Assembly (NCBI GenBank): GCA_963843975.1
Contig: CAWJMG010000003.1
Coordinates: forward strand, 1,950,001-1,982,000
DNA length: 32,000 nt
From: an uncultured Actinomycetes bacterium
Lineage (GTDB): Bacteria > Actinomycetota > Actinomycetes > S36-B12 > CAIYMF01
Direction: 5' to 3'
Positions 22,782 through 29,818 of this stretch are shown in pieces. Every line of letters starts with the position of its first letter. The stretch's first letter is position 1. A model generated the notes under the pieces. It saw nothing but the letters and a program-made list of their open reading frames with translations. It had not been told where the DNA came from and ran no database searches. Both the position numbers and the translations under genes were made by a program.

Positions 22782-24464
22782 GTGAGCGTCCACCACCTGT
22801 CGGTCGAGCCGCCCCGGCGTCCCCGCCTGGGCGACGTCCTCCTGCGGCTCGGGATGCTCGACCACCCCGCCCTGGCGACCGCGCTCGAGGCGCGACTGGC
22901 CACCGGCGGCGGCACCCGGCTGGGCCGGGTCGTGCTCGACCTCGGCCTCGTGACCGAGGACGAGCTTGCCCGCGCCCTCGCCGTCCAGCTGGTGCTGCCC
23001 CTCGTCGACCTCGCCACGACGCCCCTCGACCCCGACGTGGCCCGGTCCGTCCCCCGGGACCTCGCCGAGCGCGAGCTGGTCGTGGCCTTCGCCCGGCGCG
23101 GCGGCCGGCTCGCCGTGGCCGCCGTCGACCCGTCCGACGGGGTGCTGCTGTCGGAGATCAGGGCCCGCGCCGGGGCCACGGCGCTCGAGGTGCACGTCGC
23201 CACCGAGAGCGGCGTGCGCGCAGCCCTGGCGAGCGTCTGGGACGGCGCAGCACCGGACCTGCCAGCAGCCTCCACGGACCTCCGGAGCCCGGACGACGCC
23301 GAGACGGTCCAGCTCGTCGACCGGCTCCTCATCGACGCCGTGCACGCGCGCGCGACCGAGCTGCTCGTGGACCCGCAGCGCGACGGCCTGCACGTGCGCC
23401 TCCGCGTCGACGGGGTCCTGCGGCACCACATGACCCTCCCTCTCACCGGGTCGAGCGCGATCGTCGACTGGCTCAAGGCCATGGCCCACCTCGACGTGGA
23501 CGAGGCCCGGCTCCCGCAGGAGGGCCGAGCGGTCGTGCTCGTGCAGGGCGACAGCGTCGGCCTGCGGGTCGCCACGATCCCCGGCTCCGCCGGCGAGCAG
23601 GTCGTCGTGCGCCTGCGCCCGGCCTCGACCAGCCTGCCGTCGCTGGACTCCCTCGGCCTCTCAGGCGCGCAGCAGCAGGTGGTGCTGGACGCGCTCGGCC
23701 GGCGCAACGGCATGGTGCTCGTCGTCGGCCCGGTCGGCGCCGGCCGTACCCACACGCTCCACGCCCTCGCCGCCGGTGGCCTCGAGCCCGGGCGCAGCCT
23801 CGTCGCGGTCGAGGACCCGGTCGAGGCCGCCGTGCCCGGCGCCACCCTGCTTCCCGTCGACACCACCGCAGGTGCGACGTACGCCGAAGCGCTCCACGAC
23901 GCTGTGGAGCGCCGGCCCGACGTCGTGCTCGTCGGCGACATCGGCGACCGCGACACCGCACCCGCCGCGGTGCACGCCGCCGCGGGCGACCAGCTGGTGC
24001 TCTCGACCATGCTGGCCGTCGACGCCGCCGATGCCCTGGTGCGCCTCGTGCGGCTCGGCGTCCCCGCGGCCCAGGTCGCGGAGACCGTCGGCGTCGTGCT
24101 CTCCCAGCGGCTCGTCCGCACGCCGTGCCGCGAGTGCGCGGCCGGCCACGACCCCGACCCGTACCTCCTCGCCACGCTGTGGGTCACCGACCCGCGCGGC
24201 ACCTGGGTCGAGGCGCACGGCTGCCTCGCCTGCTCCGGCACCGGCTACCGCGGCCGCACCGCCGTGGTCGAGCTGCTCGAGGTCGGCCCCGAGGTGCGAC
24301 AGGCCCTGGTCGAGACCGACGACGAGGCCGCGGTGCGCACGGCCGCACGGGCCGCGGGCACCCGCTCGATGCGCGAGCAGGCCGTCGAGCTCGCCCGTCG
24401 CGGCGGCACGACCCTCGAGGAGATCGTCCGCGCCGTCCCCGACGACCCCGACCACTCCTCCTAG
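22782..24464 (+). CDS. PilB/GspE/MshE-like protein: MshEN (T2SSE_N) domain plus a secretion-ATPase core with degenerate catalytic motifs
   Basis: 560 aa. The N-terminus has two 24-residue RLGxxhhxxGhhxxxxLxxxLxxQ repeats (RLGDVLLRLGMLDHPALATALEAR and RLGRVVLDLGLVTEDELARALAVQ). The core has the GspE layout (LIDAVHARATELLVDP..., LRVDGVL, EDPVE, tetracysteine CRECAAG...CLACSGTGYRGR). However, Walker A is GPVGAGRT, Walker B is DVVLVGDIGD, and the His-box is AGDQLVLSTMLA. Confidence 0.85.
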   Translation: MSVHHLSVEPPRRPRLGDVLLRLGMLDHPALATALEARLATGGGTRLGRVVLDLGLVTEDELARALAVQLVLPLVDLATTPLDPDVARSVPRDLAERELVVAFARRGGRLAVAAVDPSDGVLLSEIRARAGATALEVHVATESGVRAALASVWDGAAPDLPAASTDLRSPDDAETVQLVDRLLIDAVHARATELLVDPQRDGLHVRLRVDGVLRHHMTLPLTGSSAIVDWLKAMAHLDVDEARLPQEGRAVVLVQGDSVGLRVATIPGSAGEQVVVRLRPASTSLPSLDSLGLSGAQQQVVLDALGRRNGMVLVVGPVGAGRTHTLHALAAGGLEPGRSLVAVEDPVEAAVPGATLLPVDTTAGATYAEALHDAVERRPDVVLVGDIGDRDTAPAAVHAAAGDQLVLSTMLAVDAADALVRLVRLGVPAAQVAETVGVVLSQRLVRTPCRECAAGHDPDPYLLATLWVTDPRGTWVEAHGCLACSGTGYRGRTAVVELLEVGPEVRQALVETDDEAAVRTAARAAGTRSMREQAVELARRGGTTLEEIVRAVPDDPDHSS

Positions 24465-24470
24465 TCCTCC

Positions 24471-24530
24471 GAGTTACTGCCCACAGTGGGGCTCTCGGGC
24501 GTCCGATAGCCCCGCTTTGGGCAGTAACTC
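24471..24530. repeat. 60-nt near-perfect inverted repeat / long stem-loop between the gspE-like gene and mrp
   Basis: GAGTTACTGCCCA (24471-24483) is the exact reverse complement of TGGGCAGTAACTC (24518-24530). Inner pairing AGT/GCT and GGGGCT/AGCCCC extends the stem to about 22 bp around a 14-nt loop. It is locally AT-richer than its surroundings, and lies 6 nt after the TAG of the upstream gene and 60 nt before the mrp ATG. Confidence 0.7.
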
Positions 24531-24590
24531 ACGTCCTAGCGGGGCGGAGGCGGGTCTGCCGGGTGGGCAGTGCGCACGTAGCATCGGGGC

Positions 24591-25730
24591 ATGTCCCAGA
24601 CGCTGCTCGACCTGATCGACGCTGCCCTCGCGACCGTCGAGGACCCCGAGATCCACCGTCCGATCACCGACCTCAAGATGGTGAAGTCGCGCGAGGTCGT
24701 CGACGGCGTGGCCACGGTCGCGATCTGGCTCACGGTGTCCGGCTGCCCGATGCGCGACACGATCACGAACCGCGTGGTCGAGGCCGTCGGAGCCGTGCCC
24801 GGCGTCACCAGCGTGCAGGTCGAGCTCGACGTCATGGACGAGGAGCAGCGCAAGGAGCTGCGCGCCTCGCTGGTCGGCCACGACGAGCGCGAGATCATCT
24901 TCGCCAAGCCCGGCAACCTCACCCGGGTGTACGCCGTCGCCTCGGGCAAGGGCGGCGTCGGCAAGTCCTCGGTCACGGCCAACCTCGCGGTGTCGATGGC
25001 GATGCAGGGGCTCACCGTCGGCCTCGTCGACGCCGACATCTACGGACACTCGATCCCGCGCCTGCTCGGCGCCACGGACGCGCCGACCATGGTCGAGGGC
25101 ATGATCATGCCGCCTCAGGCGTACGGCGTCCGCGTCATCTCGATGCTGCCGTTCAAGCCGGGCGGCGTCTCGCAGCCGGTCGCCTTCCGCGGACCGATGC
25201 TGCACCGCGCGCTGCAGCAGTTCCTCGCCGACGTCTGGTGGGGCGACCTCGACGTCCTCCTCCTGGACCTCCCGCCCGGCACCGGCGACGTCGCCATCTC
25301 CACCGCGCAGCTGCTGCCGAAGGCCGAGCTGATCGTCGTGACGACGCCGCAGACCGCGGCCGCAGAGGTCGCGATCCGCGCGGGGATGCTCGCGCAGCAG
25401 ACCAACCAGCGCCTGGCAGGCGTCGTCGAGAACATGTCGTCGTTCCCCTGCCCCCACTGCGGTGAGCCGATGGACCTGTTCGGCACCGGCGGCGGCCAGA
25501 TGGTGTCGGAGACGCTCACCCGCGAGCTCGGCACCGACGTGCCGCTCCTCGGCCGCGTGCCGTTCGACGTGCGCCTGCGCGAGGGCGGCGACAACGGCAC
25601 GCCGCTCGTGGCGTCGGACCCCGACGCCCCCGCGTCCACCGTGCTCACCGAGATCGCGACCCGGCTCGGCACGCGGGCGCGCGGCCTCGCCGGCCTCTCG
25701 CTCGGAATCACCCCTGCAGCGCGCTTCTGA
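24591..25730 (+). CDS. mrp: Mrp/ApbC/NBP35-family Fe-S cluster carrier ATPase with an N-terminal DUF59 (MIP18-like) domain
   Basis: The N-terminus (ALATVEDPEIHRPITDLKMV...WLTVSGCPM) is DUF59-like. It is followed by the deviant Walker A VASGKGGVGKSSVTANLA, LVDADIYGHSIP, LLLDLPPGTGD and the CPHCG cluster-ligand motif. Confidence 0.92.
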   Translation: MSQTLLDLIDAALATVEDPEIHRPITDLKMVKSREVVDGVATVAIWLTVSGCPMRDTITNRVVEAVGAVPGVTSVQVELDVMDEEQRKELRASLVGHDEREIIFAKPGNLTRVYAVASGKGGVGKSSVTANLAVSMAMQGLTVGLVDADIYGHSIPRLLGATDAPTMVEGMIMPPQAYGVRVISMLPFKPGGVSQPVAFRGPMLHRALQQFLADVWWGDLDVLLLDLPPGTGDVAISTAQLLPKAELIVVTTPQTAAAEVAIRAGMLAQQTNQRLAGVVENMSSFPCPHCGEPMDLFGTGGGQMVSETLTRELGTDVPLLGRVPFDVRLREGGDNGTPLVASDPDAPASTVLTEIATRLGTRARGLAGLSLGITPAARF

Positions 25731-25748
25731 GTCGGGCAGGCTGGCTCG

Positions 25749-26753
25749 ATGAGCCAACCGACGCCGAGCCGCTGGACGTCGAGCGCCTGGCGTGAGGACG
25801 TCCTCGAGTGGGGCATGCGCGCCCTGTCGCCCCACGGGCTCGCGCTGCGCGCCTGGACCCAGCCGCACGCACGGCCGTGGTCGACGGTGCTGCGCCTCGA
25901 GACCGACGAGGGCCCGCTCTGGCTCAAGGCTCCGGGCGACGGCGCCCGCTTCGAGGTGCCGCTGCTCGCCCTCCTGGCGCGGCTCGACCTCCCCTCTGTG
26001 CCCCGACCGATCGCGTACGACGTCGACCGCGCCTACGTGCTGCTGCCCGACGGCGGCGACATCGCGCGCGTCTCGAACGGGGGCTCCACGCCGCCGGAGC
26101 GGATGGCCGAGCACCTCGCGCGGTACGGCGAGCTGCAGCGGCTCACCGAGCCGCACGTGCCGGAGATCTTGGCGCTCGGGCTCCCCGACCTGCGGCCCGA
26201 GCGCATGCCCGACCTGTTCGAGCGCACCATCGACGTCCTGGAGGCCGAGCTCCCGCCGGCCGGCCTCAGCGCTGGTGATGCCGCCCGGCTGCGGGCCGTG
26301 ATCCCGGCGTACGCCGAGGCCTGCGCCGAGCTCGCGGCGTCCGGAATCGCGCCGACGCTGCAGCACGACGACCTGCACGACGCCAACATCCTCGAGCACG
26401 GACCGGTGTTCATCGACTGGGGCGACGCCTGCGTGGGCCACCCCTTCGGCACGATGCTCGCCACGCTCAACTCGATCGCCTTCCACCACGGGCTGGCGCC
26501 CGACGACCCCGTCTTCCCCCGGGTCGTGGACGCCTACACCGAAGCCTGGACCGACGTGCACGACCGCCCCACGCTGCGCCATCTCGTCCAGCTCGCGCAG
26601 CGGGTAGGTCCTCTGACCCGGTCGCTGTCGTACCGCCAGGCGCTCACGAACGTCGACGAGGCCGCGTGGGAGGAGTACGCCGAGGCTCTGCCGGGCTGGT
26701 TGCTCGAGGTCTTCGAGCCCGAGCTGCCGACGCGGCCGCCGCTGTTCGCCTGA
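25749..26753 (+). CDS. aminoglycoside-phosphotransferase-fold (APH/choline-kinase-like) kinase
   Basis: 334 aa. Brenner/catalytic motif LQHDDLHDANIL and metal-binding FIDWGDACVGHPF. The start is 18 nt after the mrp stop. Confidence 0.75.
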   Translation: MSQPTPSRWTSSAWREDVLEWGMRALSPHGLALRAWTQPHARPWSTVLRLETDEGPLWLKAPGDGARFEVPLLALLARLDLPSVPRPIAYDVDRAYVLLPDGGDIARVSNGGSTPPERMAEHLARYGELQRLTEPHVPEILALGLPDLRPERMPDLFERTIDVLEAELPPAGLSAGDAARLRAVIPAYAEACAELAASGIAPTLQHDDLHDANILEHGPVFIDWGDACVGHPFGTMLATLNSIAFHHGLAPDDPVFPRVVDAYTEAWTDVHDRPTLRHLVQLAQRVGPLTRSLSYRQALTNVDEAAWEEYAEALPGWLLEVFEPELPTRPPLFA

Positions 26754-26756
26754 GCC

Positions 26757-27110
26757 TCAGTCGATCCCGAGGTCGTCCGGCGCGCGCATGCGCCACGCAT
26801 CGGTGACGAGCTCGCGGAGGCGACGTACTCCGACCTGCTCGAGCCGACACATCACCAGCGGCCAGCCGTCGTAGCCCGACGTGGTGAAGAAGAGGTCGGG
26901 CTCGCCGAGCAGGAGCGCCTGCTTCTCGGCCTCGTCGCCGACGTACAGCACAGCGACGTCGGTGCGGATGACGCGGCGGCCGCCCTCGCGGTCGGGGTAC
27001 GACCACACGAATCCCTTGCCGCCGACCCGGAAGTCGAAGCCGTCGCTGTCCATCTCCTCGACGTGGGCGAGCGACAGCGCGATGCGGCGCACGTCGTCAG
27101 CGTCGGCCAT
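26757..27110 (-). CDS. MmcQ/YjbR-like small protein
   Basis: 117 aa. RRIALSLAHVEE...FDFRVGGKGFVW and a C-terminal ...LRELVTDAWR pattern resemble the YjbR family. The assignment is from memory only. Confidence 0.5.
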   Translation of the reverse strand: MADADDVRRIALSLAHVEEMDSDGFDFRVGGKGFVWSYPDREGGRRVIRTDVAVLYVGDEAEKQALLLGEPDLFFTTSGYDGWPLVMCRLEQVGVRRLRELVTDAWRMRAPDDLGID

Positions 27111-27139
27111 GCCCGGAGTCTCGCAAGGGGGTGAGACGC

Positions 27140-27514
27140 TCAGGTGGCGTCGGGATCGAACGCGGTCTGCGTGGCCGGGGCGGCGGGGCCGGTGGCGCCG
27201 CGGACCGGTGCCGACGGCGCGGTCGGCTCAGCCGGTGCTGTCGAGGCGTCGACGTCGCTGAGGATCGAGGCGGCCAGGCGCCGGGGGTGCAGCTCGGCGA
27301 TGTCCTTGACCGACTGCTTGATCTCGTCGGTGATCGAGGGGTCGAGCTCGGCCGCGGCCACGATCTCGCGACGGGCGTTGGCCGCCTGGGTGCGCAGCAC
27401 GCGCGACCACTGGACGACCGAGGCGATGGCCTTGGGCAGCTTGTCCGGCCCCAGGATGAGCACGGCGATCACACCGATGACCAGCAGCTCCATCATGCCG
27501 ACGTCGCCGATCAC
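27140..27514 (-). CDS. tatB: Sec-independent (Tat) translocase component, TatB-like
   Basis: The N-terminus MIGDVGMMELLVIGVIAVLILGPDKLPKA is the TatA/B TM helix plus hinge (FGP/LGP-x-KLP), followed by an amphipathic helix. At 124 aa and downstream of htrA, it is positioned as in mycobacteria. GTG 27514 has GGAGG 7 nt upstream. Confidence 0.8.
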   Translation of the reverse strand: MIGDVGMMELLVIGVIAVLILGPDKLPKAIASVVQWSRVLRTQAANARREIVAAAELDPSITDEIKQSVKDIAELHPRRLAASILSDVDASTAPAEPTAPSAPVRGATGPAAPATQTAFDPDAT

Positions 27515-27536
27515 GTGCCCACCTCCATCCGGAACG

Positions 27537-27573
27537 CCTGAGGGCGCCGATCGTGATGATCGGCGCCCTCAGG
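27537..27573 (-). terminator. strong stem-loop between htrA and tatB
   Basis: CCTGAGGGCGCCGATC-gtgat-GATCGGCGCCCTCAGG forms a perfect 16-bp stem. On the minus strand it lies 11 nt after the htrA stop and 22 nt before the tatB start. There is no U-tract. Confidence 0.55.
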
Positions 27574-27584
27574 GTACGACCTGA

Positions 27585-28973
27585 TCAGCCGGACGAGGTG
27601 TCCGAGCCCAGCACGACGTCGACGTTGCGTACGCCGGTGCCGTCCTTGATGCCGATCGTGATGGTGTCGCCAGGCGCGTAGGTGCGGATGGCGACGATCA
27701 GCTCGGTGGAGTCCGAGACCGCGCGGCCGTTGACGTCGACGATGATGTCGCCCGTCTTGATGCCCGCCGCAGCCGCGGGGCCGCCCTCGGTGACGCCCGA
27801 GACCTGCGCGCCCTCGCCGGTGTACCGGCTGTCGACCTGGACGCCGATGACCGGGTGGGTCGAGGTGCCGCTGGAGATGATCTCCTCGGCGACGCGCTTG
27901 GCCTGGTTGATCGGGATGGCGAAGCCGAGGCCGATGGAGCCGGCCTGACCCGCACCCTGCGACAGGGAGGCGATGGCCGAGTTGACGCCGATGACCTTGC
28001 CCTCGGCGTCGAGCAGCGGGCCGCCCGAGTTTCCGGGGTTGATCGCGGCGTCGGTCTGGATCGCGTTGATGAACGAGTTCTCGCCCGAGCCGCCGGCGGT
28101 CACCGGGCGGTTCAGCGCGCTCACGATGCCCGCGGTCACGGTGCCCTCGAGGCCGAGCGGGGAGCCGACCGCGATGGTGGAGTCGCCGACGACGATGCCG
28201 TCGGAGTTGCCGAGGGTCGCGACCGGCAGGCCCGTCTTCTCGACCTTCACGACGGCGAGGTCGTACGACGTGTCGCGCCCGACGATCTTCGCGGGCACGG
28301 TCGTGCCGTCCTGGAAGCGGACCGTCAGGGTGCCGCCGGCCGCAGCGCCCTCGACCACGTGGTTGTTCGTGAGGATGTAGCCGTCCTGACGGATGATGAA
28401 GCCCGAGCCGGTGCCGCTTCCGCTGCTGCTCGTCTCCTCGATCTGGACGACGGTCGGCAGGACGGCGGCCGCCACCGAGGCGATCGATCCGCTCGGACGG
28501 GCCGACAGGTCGGCGTCGGTCTGCGGGATCGTCGCGCCGGCCGAGGTGAGCGAGCTGCTCGACCGGTTCTCGGCGATCGTGTAGCCGCCGACGCCGCCGA
28601 CGACGCCGGCGAGCAGGCCCGAGGCCACCGCGATGGCGACGACCTTGCCGGTGCCGCCGGTGCGCTGCTTGGTGCGGCCTGAGGGCGGTGCGTCCCAGGC
28701 CTCGGACGCGCCGAGGAGGGGCGGCTCGAAGCCGGGCACGGGCCCGGTGACGTAGGGGTCGTACCCGGTCGCTCCCGGGGCCGGCGGGCCGCTCACGCGC
28801 GCGGACGCGTCAGGGGCGGCGAACATCGTGGTGTCCTGCGCGTCGGCGGCGATGCCGCCCGACGGGACGACGACGGTGTCGGTGAGGTCGGTCGTGCCGG
28901 GCTGGTCGTGCACAGCCAGGGATCCGGTGCCCGGGGTGGGCTCGACCAGGTCCTGGGGTCGCTCGTCGCTCAT
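27585..28973 (-). CDS. htrA: membrane-anchored HtrA/DegP-family serine protease with a C-terminal PDZ domain
   Basis: Catalytic triad contexts ILTNNHVV (His), SYDLAVVKV (Asp) and INPGNSGGPLLD (Ser). TM helix VVAIAVASGLLAGVVGGVGGY. PDZ-like GAQVSGVTEGGPAAAAGIKTGDIIVDVNG. I preferred ATG 28973 (AGGAG 6 nt upstream), but ATG 29009 is an alternative. Confidence 0.92.
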   Translation of the reverse strand: MSDERPQDLVEPTPGTGSLAVHDQPGTTDLTDTVVVPSGGIAADAQDTTMFAAPDASARVSGPPAPGATGYDPYVTGPVPGFEPPLLGASEAWDAPPSGRTKQRTGGTGKVVAIAVASGLLAGVVGGVGGYTIAENRSSSSLTSAGATIPQTDADLSARPSGSIASVAAAVLPTVVQIEETSSSGSGTGSGFIIRQDGYILTNNHVVEGAAAGGTLTVRFQDGTTVPAKIVGRDTSYDLAVVKVEKTGLPVATLGNSDGIVVGDSTIAVGSPLGLEGTVTAGIVSALNRPVTAGGSGENSFINAIQTDAAINPGNSGGPLLDAEGKVIGVNSAIASLSQGAGQAGSIGLGFAIPINQAKRVAEEIISSGTSTHPVIGVQVDSRYTGEGAQVSGVTEGGPAAAAGIKTGDIIVDVNGRAVSDSTELIVAIRTYAPGDTITIGIKDGTGVRNVDVVLGSDTSSG

Positions 28974-29050
28974 GGGGTCTCCTGCGCGCTCGTCGTGGCG
29001 TGCATCCATCGTGTGTCTCTCTCCCGTGTGCGGACTGCGAGCAACCTGTG

Positions 29051-29077
29051 AACGTCCTGAGAAGGCTGGGTCTTCCC
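29051..29077 (-). promoter_or_regulatory. ECF (SigE-type) promoter candidate GGGAAG-N17-CGTT upstream of htrA
   Basis: The minus strand reads ACTGGGAAGACCCAGCCTTCTCAGGACGTTCACAGG. GGAAG is one mismatch from GGAAC, and a 17-nt spacer precedes CGTT. The site lies 42-104 nt upstream of the candidate htrA starts and just downstream of a hairpin. Confidence 0.5.
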
Positions 29078-29080
29078 AGT

Positions 29081-29105
29081 GTGCCGTCCGGTGCAGGGAC
29101 GGCAC
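29081..29105 (-). terminator. stem-loop after the LmeA-like gene
   Basis: GTGCCGTCC-ggtgcag-GGACGGCAC forms a 9-bp perfect stem 50 nt downstream of the stop at 29155. Confidence 0.45.
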
Positions 29106-29154
29106 GGCGGGCCGGCCGGTTGCGCTGCGGGCGCCGGACCCGTCGTGATGCCTG

Positions 29155-29818
29155 TCACTCGAGCGGCACGTCGGTGCCCGTCGCCGTCACCGTGACCCCA
29201 CCGGCGGTCACCGTCGCGGTCGACGGCGTGAGGCCGAAGGGCAGCTCGCCCACCGAACCGACCATGCGGTTCAGGGCCTCCTTCACGAAGTCCGGGACGC
29301 TGTCGCCCGACACCTCGACGCCGGCCAGTGCCAGCGTGCGGAGGTCCAGCGTGATCGCGCCGTCCGTCACGACGGGGGTCACCGTCGCCGAGATCGGGAG
29401 CGCTCCGGTGAACTCCGCCTTGAGCGCCTCGCCCTGTACCGACAGCTGCCAGCTGTCGCCGAGCTGGGCCTGCAGGGTCGAGAGGGGGACGTCGGCCGTG
29501 GCGCGGACCGTGCGCGCCGCACGGGGCGCCGAGGTCGAGACTCCGTACAGGTCGACGACGACCGAGTCGAGCGTGCCCTTCTCGGTGGGCACCTCCCGGG
29601 CCGTGACGGTCACGTGGTCGAGCGAGCCACCGACGACCTGGGTGAGCGCGGGGAAGCCCTCGATCGACGTGGTGACGTCGGTGGCGCCCGGGAAGCTCGG
29701 CCTGGACGCGCTCGGAGACCGTGCGCTCAGCGACGCCTACGGCCACGCGGTCGGCTACCACGGCCAGGCCGCCGAGCACGAGGAGGACGACGAGCGCGAT
29801 CACGCCGCCGCGCTTCAC
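29155..29818 (-). pseudogene. DUF2993/LmeA-family (phospholipid-binding) protein gene interrupted by a +1-nt frameshift in CCCGGG 29687-29692
   Basis: GTG 29818 opens VKRGGVIALVVLLVLGGLAVVADRVAVGVAERTVSERVQAELPG (TM anchor plus DUF2993 start). The family sequence continues one nucleotide out of frame (GATDVTTSIEGFPALTQVVGGSLDHVTVTAREVPTEKG...GGVTVTATGTDVPLE, stop 29155). The span of 664 nt equals 3n+1. The GTG overlaps the TGA of the upstream gene (GTGA 29815-29818). Confidence 0.75.

Noticed and set aside
24474-26582. A 702-aa minus-strand ORF antisense to mrp and the APH-like kinase. Similar antisense ORFs occur at 8195-9757, 9100-11064, 20803-22299, 22748-24241 and 29000-30454.
   Set aside because: These have the same low-complexity Arg/Gly/Asp/Pro composition and no motifs. 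Each lies opposite a gene with strong family signatures, so they are high-GC artefacts.
26747-26762. The palindrome CTGAGCCTCAG at the junction of the APH-like and YjbR-like genes.
   Set aside because: It is formed by the two convergent stop codons (TGA and TCA) 3 nt apart. It is too short to support a terminator or a binding site.
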